Positions 44,075-56,215 of a stretch of DNA of 64,000 nt are shown here, piece after piece; within the stretch, counting starts at the first letter, position 1, and every line of letters starts with the position of its first letter. The translations under genes were made by a program, and so were the position numbers. Under the pieces are notes generated by a model. The model ran no database searches, was not told where the DNA came from, and saw only the letters and a list, made by a program, of their open reading frames with translations. The DNA comes from Trichosphaerium sp. ATCC 40318 (taxonomy: Eukaryota; Protista; Tubulinea), in contig JALMLS010000213.1 in assembly GCA_038496445.1 (NCBI GenBank), positions 310,001 through 374,000 on the forward strand, given 5' to 3'.

Positions 44075-45274
44075 ATGGGTGAGCCAGTAGCAGGTTATTA
44101 CGCTTGTACAAGAAAAAACGAGCACCTTGCGCTTTGTTACACTTCAGATAAGCAACATCTCGAAGTACTGGTTGGAGGAGACAAAATACTCTCTTCTTGG
44201 GCGCCAGGCGATCACTCCTTTACAATCAAGACCAAATCCGTTAGACCTCTTTCTTTTAGCGTAGAAAAGGATTGTTTGGTGAAATCTAATGGTAAAAAAC
44301 GCACAAAGTATGAACGAGTGGGTATATGGCCAAAAGACATCGACTCAGATTGCTTTACAGATTACAGTGACATGTCAACATTTTTACAAAATTTCCGCGA
44401 TACTGGTTGTAGCGTTGTATCTGGCGCTTTTAAAGATAATTCACTACTTGAAGAGGTTCGTATAGAATCCAATTTTAGACTACAAATAAGATGAGTATCG
44501 TTCAAGTTTGGTATTTGTTCTTATTTTTTTTTTCTTCAAGATTCATACAACATTTTACACTATTGCAACAAAACCAACTCATAATCGAGGATGGTTCAGT
44601 ACACATGTTGATTGTTATGATGCCAATTATAAGAAACTAGTGGACAAACTCTTAGCACAAATCAGTCAACACTTGGATGCGCTATTGGGTACTTTTCTTT
44701 GATCCAACATTTTTATCTGTTGTGCAACTCATCTCATCCCTTAACTTCATTTTTAGGTGCTGGAAAATGGGTTCATGATGGCAGGTTACAGATAGGGTTT
44801 GTTACAAATCATAGAGCAGCACGTGTACCAAACTGGCACGTGGATAGTATGTTTCTAAATCATGGAGAACCATTTTCTGTACTTGTTGGTATACCTCTTC
44901 ATGGTGCTTTTGAAAAACCAAATAGTGGCTACCTAGCAGTTTTTGAAAAGAGCCACATGTTATTAAATGAGCTGCTAAGCAAACAAGGAGAGAATATAGT
45001 TGATGGGCCAAAAGACAAGGCCGAAAAGATTTCAAAGTATTGTGAGCTAAAAGACTGGCAACCTTCGTTTATTAAAGCTTCTGTTGGTGATTTTTACATG
45101 TGTCATTATCGTATGATTCATGGCGTAACACATAACTTTGAGATGGATAGAAGTATAGCTTATTTACGCATAAAGGTTATTGATAAAGTGCGCGAAGAAA
45201 AAGGAGCAAAATTGGGTTTCAAATGGGCTGACTCTGTAAAAATGTACGATCCATGGCTTCTTTATGACTTCTAG
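44075..45274 (+). CDS. Phytanoyl-CoA dioxygenase-like 2OG-Fe(II) oxygenase
   Basis: FRDTGCSVVSGA; NWHVD; GYLAVFEKSH; GDFYMCHYRMIHGV..N..DRSIAYLR (HxD...H...R). Confidence 0.75.
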
Positions 45275-45729
45275 TACGTGTATAATACACCTATGATACC
45301 ACTTTAATCCTTATCACAAAGAAGTATAAGCTTAAAGTAAGTAATATTCGAGTAATACACTAAGTAATGAAAATAATAAATAATTTTAGCATGTAAAAAT
45401 AGAATACGTCTTTTGACAAGTTTGTTTTATTGGGATACGAAAGTTATCGCAGTTGATTGCAAACAGAATAGTTGGTGGAGTAATGACATAAAAAGCACTT
45501 CAATGAACGGTATTTATTCCTTTGTCTGTTTGAGCAAAATAGGAACTGGTTTTAAGCAATGTATGACGTCAGTATCGGGTATATTGGGCCGTTTGGCCGT
45601 TCTAGTTTGACCTTTGTTTACTTGTATTTTTGGGCTTTATTTTTCATTTACATTATTAAAACAAACAAAGGTACGCTTTTCCGGCTCATGCGGTCGTATT
45701 CCTACGTCGCGCTAACTCCATTATTTCAG

Positions 45730-46480
45730 ATGACGCAGTGGTACAACTTGAAGGTTAGACTTTTACTTGCTGAGGACCTCCCTAACGAAGACGTCACTGG
45801 TACGTTATCTGTTTACGTTTATAGCATCTTTGATCGTTTTCCGACGTTGAGTTTGATTTTGCGGACGTTGAGCGCATACACAGGCGTAGTATGCCTCATT
45901 TGACGCTTTCTAACTTGCAACAAAAACGATTGAGATAAGCTAGATTCAACACTTTTAATTGTTTAATAACGCTCTCCTTACTCAACTACCAGGTGATTCT
46001 GACCCTTACGCCATTGTTTGCTTTGGAGACCTTAAGAGCCATCAGCACAAATCAGATTACTATAAGGACACTAATAGACCTGTTTGGAATGAAACTTTCG
46101 CGTGCGCATCATTTTACTATCATCTGAAAAAACGATGATGCTATATTTAAAATATTCACTTTTTTTATTTTGTAGGGACACAATAGCAAACACAGAGACT
46201 CTAAAGGTGACTGTATGGGATAAAGATAACCTGAACTCTGATGACAAGCTCGGGGAGACTGTTTCTATTAAATTTGACGCCCTAGAAGAGAACAAAGAGG
46301 TAAAAAAACCGAAAAACAACTTTTTCATAAATGAACTGAATACTCGGTTCTAACAAGTTAATTATAAAGGTTATCGAATGGTATGATTTAGCAAGAAAAG
46401 GAAAGAAACAAGGCAGAATTCGTATCGGGCTTGAAATGACCAAAGGAGAAGCTCCACCAGATGCAAGCAAACGCACTTAG
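45730..46480 (+). CDS. Small single-C2-domain Ca2+/lipid-binding protein
   Basis: LKVRLLLAEDLPNED..GDSDPY; NRPVWNETF; LKVTVWDKD..SDDKLG; GRIRIGL. Confidence 0.9.
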
Positions 46481-46788
46481 TAAATAAAACCTCCCAGCTA
46501 CCTTTCGCATTGGTAGGCTGATTTGTACCAAAGAAAAAGTAACAATAAATACGAATGTAGTAAACAATCAACGGTGTCAGGTTATAACAAACAGCAAACC
46601 ATTATTAATGCAGTGCACTACACCAATCTCTATTGGACTTTCTACTTTGACTATGTTAGACTCATATTTCACCATTTGTAATGCGTCGGTTAGAGATGTA
46701 GTACATAGTATGCGCTGGAAATGCACGTTATAAGTCCTTTTATAATTATTGACAGGTTTCTTGCAGGTACAGAGTGACATGTGTTACT

Positions 46789-48543
46789 AATGGCGTAACA
46801 TTACTACGCCGCTCGCGTACATACATTACCGATGATCGCAAGCCAACGTACTATACATTTTGAAATTGAGGGTTTACAACAACGTTCTTACGCTCATCTA
46901 TCTCATTTAGCCGGTTTTGGGCAGATAAACGCAATGTTCGCCAGCAACTTGAACAATTTGGCGAAAAATTCCGCCTCATGCTACGAGACGATTGGTATAA
47001 GATGAAAACAACACAATTGAATGAAAATGGATGTAGAGCAATTGTAAAGAGGTACGAAACCATCAACGACAGGCTCATTTCAATTCAAACACCCTCTGAT
47101 CGCTTCAAGGCATGACGAATCTCTATGTAAAGTGCTTACAACAAATTTTCCAGAGCATAAATTTCAAGGACACAAATTCCTGTACGTTACATCTTTTGTG
47201 TATCTTTACCTTAATATTCTACGCGTAGAAAGTCCCCTCATGGATATTGGGATGACAAAATGGTCCAAATTGAACGACTTCAATTAATAGAAGAGAAGTT
47301 TGAATTAAAGACTCTAGACGATTGGAAAAACGTGTCATTCGCTGATTTCTCACAAGAATTTGGTGGCCTCTCTTTGTTAACAAGGTTAGAACTCTATCAA
47401 ACAAAAAACAACGTTCCATCGTTTAATTTCTTTGTAGCTACAATAATTCTCTTTTAAAGCTTCTAAAAGCAATATACCCTTATCATCTATGGATGAACCA
47501 TGATTGGAGTGCAGCAGAACATCGTCATTTATCATACTTGCCTCGAAGTTACTGGAGCAAAGTGAAAAATCGTGTTCAGTTTGTAAATGATGTTGCAGCT
47601 CCTCAATTGGGTATAAGGCGTTACGAAGACTGGTACAATGTATTACCAGTTCGTTTGAAGCGTCTAGGCGGCGGCACGATCCTCGACCAGTGCGTAAATC
47701 TTCATAAAAACAAATTAGTTGTAATATCCTCTCAGGTACAATAATTCCATGTTCAGGATTCTACGAGCTGTTTATCCAGAGTTCGCGTGGAATGAAACAT
47801 CTTTCAAGTACGATTTTTTTTTTGAGTTTGGTTTTCTTGATGTACATCTAACACGCACGTGGTTTAGAGGCACAAGGAGAAACTATTGGAAAGGAAAAGA
47901 TAACGTAATACGTTTTTTAACCAATGTCCACAGTCGATTAAATATGCCGCAAAACCCGCAATCCTGGTACGTCAAAAAACCCACATTTTGTATTGTCAAG
48001 TGACAAATATATGTGCTTTGGTTCTTGCGTCTTATTTCTTTTTATTTTGCGGCCTGTCGCGTCATACTTTTACCAATAAAACGAAATCAAACAGGTTTTT
48101 TTTTTGTTATCGCTTTGTTGCTTCAACATTTGTTGGCGACTTTGACCAATTGCTAGGTTGGATGTATCTCTACACCAATTACGTTACCTTGGAGGATCTG
48201 GTATTGTGTCTTACTACCCACAAGTCCTGCAACTCGTGTATCCAGATGAGAAATGGGACTGGGATGACTTCAAAAGTAAAATCAAGCGATCACAGCAAAA
48301 TTGGCTTCTGAAGTGTATAAAAACTCTATGTGTACAATAAACCAAACAGATGAAACAAAATTAACAAGTTGGATATCATCAAAATTACGACATACACATC
48401 ACAAATTATTCTCTACGCGGATTGGAGACACGTGGAAGACTTCGGGATAAAAACGGGATACAATATCAGAATTACAGTTTCTAGCGGCCAAAGAAATTCG
48501 CTTGTTAGGATCTTTGCTTCCACATGAGAAGACAGCCATTAAT
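46789..48543 (+). CDS. Uncharacterised repeat protein of the 'LGIxxxEDWYxV...GG...VYPExxW' family (ends approximate)
   Basis: Four related units: LRDDWYKM, LKTLDDWKNV..FGG, LGIRRYEDWYNV..LGG..VYPEFAW, and W..V..LGG..VYPDEKW. Confidence 0.7.
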
Positions 48544-48746
48544 GATTTAATTTATTGGCTAGTGTACACTGTCTAATGAGATAGTCGGATATTCGTGAGA
48601 TCCTCAAATCTTATTTGGCATTCCCCTATGGCGCTACACGCATACACGCAGTGGTATCATCGTGTAGTTTTGGTGAAAAAAGCATGCTGTGGGGTTGATA
48701 TTTTGGCAAACTATGTTACGGCTTTGTGACATATTGTGGTGTACTT

Positions 48747-49504
48747 CTAACCTCTTTTCAATCTGCTGTACTCAGCGTATTGTGCCTTCAAAGCTGTTTC
48801 AATAAATTTAACAGCTTTAACTGGATTTGCGGATTCTCCGCATGTAAAAGTGTCCACAGCTGCATACCCATGCTCTGGCCACGTATGTATGCTTATATGA
48901 GATTCTGCTAACAGGGCTATGCCCTTTTGAAGGGTTTGTGAGCAATAAAAAATCAAATGGTTGTATGACGCACTGTTACGCCCACTGGTGAGAAGGAGTG
49001 AACCTAAACGGAAAGTTTGTTTGTTGAAAAGTAGTTCTGTAAAATTATGTACCCGCACTGAACCAATCAATGTGGCGTTACCAGCACGCACAGAGCCTTC
49101 AATGACAGCTTTTATTTTTGTTTCATCATTGAGAATTTCCTTATTACATCCGTACAGGTCAGCTAAATATACCATTAAGCGTGTCGACATCGCCACTTTA
49201 CTGTGGAGTGTACCGATGACGTGTTTGCCATGCTGTATATTATCGTATTTAAAACCGCGCTAAAACAACTTAAAATACATCATCACGCGGCCAGATAACG
49301 CGCTAGTTCGAAAAACACAAATTAGCATACATTTTCACCAAACGAACTTCGTGATAAGTCTTTCCATCGATGTGGCTCTGCATCTTGAAGCTTATTCAAA
49401 GCCGAGAACACAAATAAATACTGCAAAATCACTAGAAACGCCAATAATACAGCTGTCAACTGTACAACGCGAATCACCAATCCAAGTTTCGGCCCGTTTC
49501 CCAT
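48747..49504 (-). CDS. speD: Prokaryotic-type S-adenosylmethionine decarboxylase proenzyme (SpeD) with an N-terminal transmembrane signal-anchor
   Basis: Spliced model: TM exon ending SSFGEN|RGFKYDNIQHGKHVI|ADLYGC...GNATLIGS|VHSFSPVGVT|GIALLAESHISIHTWPEHGYAAVDTFTCG...LKRG*; ESH self-cleavage motif intact. Confidence 0.85.
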
Positions 49505-49894
49505 TTATTAGCCTTTGAGAACTTTAAAGCAAACAACAGTAGCGCAGTTTCCAATCCGTTACTTTTTTTCGTAGCTAGAAAAAAAAAACCAAAACACGCG
49601 CTAATACACATACACAAGGCATTAATTACTTGCAATCTCAAAGGAACATGAAGATACAACTATGAGCGCTAGTAGGAACGTCGAAAAGTGATAAATTTAA
49701 CACTTTATACTTTAATACTGCATGGCCTGCGCAAGTGGTTTTTTTTTTTCAATAATAACCTTATACATGCTTGTGGTTGTTGTGTTAAAGTAGTTGCAGT
49801 AGAATTGACGTCAATTTTAAGCACGGGAATAACGCCTATTACCATTTTAGGATTTCATTCTCTAAAATTTTCACGCAAGCGACGCCACCTCCTC

Positions 49895-50526
49895 ATGCGC
49901 CTTTCACCAATCTACAATAATCGCGATGGCTACGACACAGAGCAGCTACCTGTACCACCAAGAGAACACTGCGAGCTAAACAAACTAGCGATGGAACATT
50001 ACAGACGTGTAAGAGAGAAATACGCTTATACATTACTACAACGCATGTATAATGAATATGGGTACGGTTTAGAAGCAATTAGAGAAAAATCCATTCCATC
50101 AAAAAAAAAAAAAACTTGCGCCATTACTTTCCTTTACCCTTCCTTTTTCCCAACCTGTTTAACCATCTTTGCAGACCTCTTATTGTACAGAACACATCCA
50201 GAGGGTCACTTATAAAACTCTGCCCAAATAGAAGTACCCCACGTGTACCTGAAACTCATTACATGACTTCAAACGTACAAGCGTTACATAGAGGAAGAAC
50301 AGAAAATGACAAAGAAATATCTTTCGCGAACACTGCCACAAGAAGCAGGCGAGCTCTTGGGAGCAGGCCGACAGTTAAACCTCCGCCTACAGATTGGCCG
50401 TTACGACCACGCGGAGTTTTGAAACGACGTAGTACACCTAAGCCACAATCTAAGAAGAAATATTCATTCATAAAGCTAGCAACATGCCAGGCGTGCTCAT
50501 CTAAATCAACAAACACTTTAAAATAA
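49895..50526 (+). CDS. Hypothetical basic protein (2 exons)
   Basis: ATG 49895; phase-2 intron GTACGG...TTGCAG (about 50061-50174) joins two ORFs in frame; no recognised domain. Confidence 0.4.
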
Positions 50527-50892
50527 CCCACAATCCTCTCAACCGACAAATATTATTTAAAATTGGCGTCTCAACCTGTACTTAGCCAAAAATTCTTGTA
50601 CATAAACCTCTAATTCTTATTGAACGTCGGGGCAACTAAGTAGTTTTTTTTTTTTCGTAACTTCGAAAAAGTCGAGATCATTTATGTTCTTTTTCGGCTG
50701 CTAGCGCTAGACAAGCGCAAATCCACGTGAACTTTATTTTAGAAAACATAACGTTTGTTATTGTTATTAGCATTGTAGTTATCGTACAACAGCGGACTAT
50801 CTCGTACGAAGATGTACCAATGGCGTCGTTTGGAAATCTGTTGTGAGCTTGGTTATGGGATTTTTGGTGTAGTTTCTATTTTACAACTAACA

Positions 50893-51913
50893 TTACGCAG
50901 TTTCTCCGTCAATGTCCGCTAGTGGGTTTGCGTGGATAGTAATGTAGCGAATTTTTATTGGCGTGATGGGACGTTCTCCTTCTCCAGGTACCACCTCCAT
51001 CGCCTTCAGGACATCGTTACCATGCAAAACTCTAGAGATAATGGTCAGGATACATAAAAACTAGCGCTAGCGACAGTAGCGTATCACGTGCTCACGTGAT
51101 TCTGTCGTGCTGCCATTCAACTAATAAAGGTAGCGAACCACATTTGCTAGCGCAAGTGAGGCAAGTGCGCTTGTGATAGCATTTTGTCTTTTGTCCGGGC
51201 TTAGCGGAGAATTTGATAAAAAGTGATTTTGTGAGGCAGAAAGTTTAAAAAAAGAAGAAATGTCTCATCCCAAGAATTCTGGCTCGTAAATTTTTTTTGC
51301 GCTGTTGGTTTTTTTTTGGTTTTTTTAGCAAGCGACGTACTGTCCGAATATTGAGTATTTACCATCAAGAGAAGGTAGAGCCTTGTATGTAATAAAAAAT
51401 TGGGATTTGTTCGTATGTGGACCAACGTTCGCCATTGACACTACGCCACGCCTGTTATGCTAAGGTGATGTTATATGGGTGCGATTTAAGCGGAAACAAA
51501 GGAGATTTGCGTACAGTAAGTTTTTCACGAATCTCATCTTCAAATTCATGACCGTATATGGACTGTCCTCCCTTGCCTTTGTTTGTTGGATCACCTGTTT
51601 GCACTATAAACCCTGGTATGTTCCTGTTTGATAGAAAAACAAATTGAGTTTGCAAAGCTTTCGCCAATAAATGCTTACCTGTGAAAAATACAATTGTTGT
51701 AGTAGCCACTGGCGCACAACGCCAAAAAATTCTAAATTGTAAGTTAACTGTGTAATCAGTCTTAATAATTGTCGTGTTCGCCCAAAAACGTACGTATGCG
51801 CATACTGGCGTGTCCTCACAGAATACTTCAATCTTAATATCACCCATCGTTGTATGCAACGTAACCGACTTAAATTTCGCGTTAGGGCGCGTATATAATA
51901 CCGTACGTACCAT
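50893..51913 (-). CDS. PPIL3: Cyclophilin-type peptidyl-prolyl isomerase, PPIL3-like
   Basis: M|[15 protein letters not shown]; [11 protein letters not shown]; [14 protein letters not shown]; [17 protein letters not shown]; ITIHANP. Confidence 0.92.
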
Positions 51914-51953
51914 TATGAGCAGTTTGTAGATTTAAAAACAAACGCAAAGAAAA

Positions 51954-54939
51954 ATGCCACGTTCAAGACATTTGTTGACGTTTTTTAGTGGTACAAGCCC
52001 AAATACGCCCACTGTTTCGTCCCAGCACTTTGGTATGGGCAATGCAAACTTTGCAGAGAATTACGGTTTACGTATTCAGGGAGTGGCCGATAGAGTCATA
52101 ACTACGTTTGAAGATGAGTATACACGCAGTTTAAAAGGCAATCAGTTAGATTACTTGAACAAAACCCCAAAATGTAACGCTTTTGTTTAGCGGAATATTG
52201 GGCACAACATGTTAGCTCTGGAGAGGGTGTATTCCCTAAAGTTATTGTAAATGAGTCTGACGTGAACAATATATCCATCTGGGAAGAGTCTCGCGCTGCT
52301 TTAAGGTACATAAACCACTAGCGGGATAATACTACATACTTTTACGTTGTACTTTTCTACTTGTCGTCAATTCATCACAAATCGCTCCTTTTTCGCTAAG
52401 AAACACTGTAGCGCATCTCGGGAGATCCTAGATTTCCCAAGAGAATCAAACAATCTTCGCCTTCGTGCTCACATCCTTCGCTGGGAAATCATGGCACCAG
52501 AGTCTAACCCATTTGTAGCATACGTTATAGGTACGTATACGCCTTCTACTATAACCATGTTGAAATTGACATAACGTTCAGAATCCTCGTATGGGCCTAA
52601 GCGGTTTTTGGTTTATAGACGCTTTAATCAATTCAAGGAGATAAATGCAAAGGTAAATAATTAAAATACAATTATACAAGTGACAAGTGTCAAAACAAAA
52701 ATGAAAAATGTTGCTTTTTTTTTCAGTGAAGTATCGTTGACACTTTGGATTTTAGTTGTCTTCTGTAAAGCCAAGAAGGGCGGTACTGCCTACAGCAAAA
52801 TTATTAGAGCGAAGGTGAGTAATAATTAGATATTTAAAGCATGTATTAAAGAAGATATAGGCGGTTTGATGAATGGCATCTTCAAAACCGCAGAAAATCT
52901 CTACAACAATTTTTAGACGCTCTTACTGAAGGTATATTTTTTATTTGATATTTTATACTTATCCGTAACATAAAGATGAAATTGTTTCCTGCAATCCACA
53001 TTTTTTACATTGGCTTTGTCAAGGTACGAATAGATAACACAAAAAAAATAAACAAACCCAAAGTTCACTTCGAACTAACTACCAAAAAAATAGACGAAGA
53101 CGAGATTGAGCTTCGTATATTTCAACGTGCATTACGCGCCACGCGCCATAGATACACTCTATTAGTTCAACTACATGCGGATGGGCGTGATGATGCTCTC
53201 AAGAAATTGGTAAGCGTTTGTTATGAAGTTGTTTTTTAGTTGTAAATTAATTTCTTGTTCAGGCGATACATCAAACAAGGAGGGAGTTATTTGATCATTT
53301 AATAGATACAACTGATACTAGAATTAAACACAAGAAGTCAATGAAGAAAGGGTATCAGATAGCAAATGATATAATCACGCCTATTGTGAATAAGGGTACA
53401 ATTTTTTTATCTTTTTTTTTCTTTGTTTCGTTAATCTTTTTTTACTTGTAGGCATGCGCCATTCGCGCAAAAATGCGTCTGTGCTTATACCAAAAGTCAC
53501 AAAGGTTTTATCTTCTGATGGACATCAAGATGTATTTGATAATTTAAAGTTGGCTATACACCCATTCCTGAGTGACACTTTGGATGAGTTCAAAGCGGTG
53601 AGCACATATATTTCTTTTTCTATAAAGTTAGAGCGCTTTACTCACTTCGGAGCTAGGATATGGTTGAAATTGGACAATGTCTTCAATCTACTCTATCTGG
53701 TAATGTAGGTAAAGCATTTGGAGAATTAAGAGGGAGGTTACAACAATACACTGAAAAGGAGATGAAAATGCTTTTTAAAGGTGATAAATCTTCTATTGAT
53801 AAGCTTGCTATGGAATACATTAAGATTGGTAAAGAGTTCGAAAAAGAGCTAATGGAGAACCTTGATACATCTATAGACAGGTTTATAGAGGCTTCTAGTC
53901 CATTATTGAAGATGAGTAGCGTTAAGGACGCATTGGTAGTCCTTCATAAGTGTCCTCATGTGATTGGCATGGTTATAAAATTTTTATTTCATTCACTTGA
54001 AAAGTTCAAAATCATTGTCGTTTTGCTGGACGGTTTTGAGCGTGTAGATAAATGTGATAATAATGGTATAAGTAATGCTCTTGAAATGCTTGAAAACGAT
54101 ATACATATCGCATTACAACTTGGTTTTAATGAGGTACGAGAGAACAACATCTTCGGAGTTGAATTTTTTTTTGGAATTTTAAAGTGAACATTCACAAAGT
54201 AGAAGTTTTTTTATTTTGACTTTTTTTTTCTTTTGTTAGCTTCGTGATTTAGCTTGGGGTGTTTATTGGGAAGCAAGTATGATACCAGAGCTTGAAGATG
54301 CTATGGAAATACTTCTTGGATATCTTATTTCGCATGTTAGATTGGAACAAGAATTTCTTCTTAATCTCACATTACGTTTCTCAAATGATGCACTCAATCT
54401 GTGTTCCAAGGATAATTTTTCTCCAAGTGAAGCCTCAATCGCTAAAGGCATCAACACGTACGTCACAAAAATAAAACCAAACGCCATAGGAGCTCATGCG
54501 ACGGCGCAGTTTTGGAGAATTTCGCTTTTTTTTTAACTTTTTTTTGGTAGACTTGCGGAAGAAGCAATGTACATCGCCTACACCTCTACCAGCACGACGT
54601 ATTCTCAAAAAAGCAAAGACCTACTGTTAAGCGGTATTGTTCACTGTTTCACACATGTAATTACAAGCAAGATGTTATGCACTATGCAGTCAGAAGTACG
54701 TCGTTTAGACTTTCCTATTTTTTTTTGAAAGAACTTGGACTTGTCGGTTTTTTTTCTTTACTTGGAAGTCTAATTTTGGGCTTTAGGGAAGTCCTGCGTT
54801 ATCAGTAGAACCTGATAAGCCATATAACGATATTTTTGATCCTGTTAATATCGTTAAAGACATATTAGAGGAGGAATTGCCGAATGTCGTACAAGAACAA
54901 CTTGATAAGACTTTTTTCAAGTCTCTTTACCCAAACTAG
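51954..54939 (+). CDS. PX-domain protein with a long helical region, possibly Niban/FAM129-like
   Basis: FVAYVI..FLVYRRFNQFKEI..LP..RFD..LQNRRKSLQQFLD (PX); flanked by helical segments VITTFEDEY and IFQRALRATR..G..DALKKL. Confidence 0.75.
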
Positions 54940-55282
54940 TTTTGGTGGAAACTAAAATCAACCATTGTATATAGAAACTAAACGCTACACACTGTACTTG
55001 TAATAATAATCTTCAAAAAAAATCGAATAGAAAAAACTGCACGTTGTAGTGCGTGCAACCCACCAGAAAGAAGGTGACGCGTCCAGCGACAATAGGAACG
55101 TGCATATTTAGAGGGCAGTGCTGCGAAGTGAAAATGCTGGGGAGTTCTTTTTTCGTTGAATTTTTCTTACTTTTTCAAAAGTCATTTTTTGTCAAGTCAA
55201 CAATGCGTAGAGGTCTTCCAGGCACGTATAGCACTATGATACTCTTTCTACTAGCGCTTTCAAGTCAAAATATGGTTATGTA

Positions 55283-55599
55283 CGCTCGTTGAAATCAGGT
55301 TGCAGTGCTCCTGGTGGATCTAGTGATGCATGACTACCACCCGGAAAAGGGAGGTACCTCTATGCCAATGGCGCAAGTGCTTTTAGGAAAGGTGGTCGTT
55401 ATGCTTTGCAAAGAACACATTTTGTCGTTGGTTCACTGGGTAGCGTACCTGGTAACGCACCACTCTCATGCAACTCGTCAGCTTAACTCGCTGAGGTGGA
55501 AGAGTCTAGGGCGTCGTCAGTGACTTTACCTCAACAGTGGATGTCGTAGATGGGAATGCGGCTGCGTTTATGTAGTTTAAGAGCGATTTCTACTTTTTT
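55283..55599 (+). ncRNA. Candidate structured non-coding RNA (about 300 nt), class unknown
   Basis: GC-richer intergenic block with nested complementary segments containing G-U pairs, 5'/3' end pairing and a T6 run immediately downstream. Confidence 0.4.
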
Positions 55600-55801
55600 G
55601 TGCAAAATTGAAGCTTGCCAGTTTTTTCATTTGTATACCTGCATGAGGTGCTAGCGCTCTTTTTTTTGCAATTTGGCTTCAAATTATTTTATGGCGCGTA
55701 AATCAAAGCATCAGCTTCAATCGCAAAAAAAATTGACACAGCCTCTAGCAATAATGATAATATGTCATGTTTTTACACTAATGGTAACCTAGGATCTTCA
55801 A

Positions 55802-56215
55802 TTATTGTTGCTTACCAATTGTCATCACTGTAGTGACTAGCATTGTCATCACTATAGTCACTACATATGTGCTAACATTTACGGACTCGGCACTGTTGCC
55901 GGCCTTGTTGTCACCGACATCGTTGTCGCTGTCATGGACCAAATCAATGACATGACCCTTTTTTTTGAAAGTGTCAGTGTCACTGTCGCTATCACGAGTA
56001 CTGCGCTCCAGATTGAAGAAATGAACCCCGGCTTTCTTCAAGGCCGCTTTGTCGAACTTCACTTGGGAAGGGATTTTGGAGTCAACAACACTATCTGTGA
56101 CTTTCTCAACAACATTGTCGTCGTCATCACTGAGATCGTCATCGTTGTCACTGATATCGTCATCATTGTCACTGATATCAATGAAATGGCCTTCTTTACC
56201 ATCGAACTCCAGTAT
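55802..56215 (-). other. Acidic low-complexity reading frame with DISDNDD tandem repeats (gene fragment or pseudogene)
   Basis: Open frame GHFIDISDNDDDISDNDDDLSDDDD...GHVIDLVHDSDND; 18-bp tandem repeats at about 56125-56180; no clean start found. Confidence 0.35.

Noticed and set aside
48585-48715. Hairpin between convergent genes as a SECIS or ncRNA
   Set aside because: Relies heavily on G-U pairs, shows no clear SECIS core and has no adjacent in-frame TGA gene; may be chance.
55305-55380. tRNA-like start TCCTGGTGGATCTAGTG
   Set aside because: No TTC T-loop/B-box at the right distance and no cloverleaf; better explained as part of a larger fold.
55295-55485. Hammerhead ribozyme on the minus strand (CTGACGA + stem)
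   Set aside because: The required GAAA after stem II is absent.
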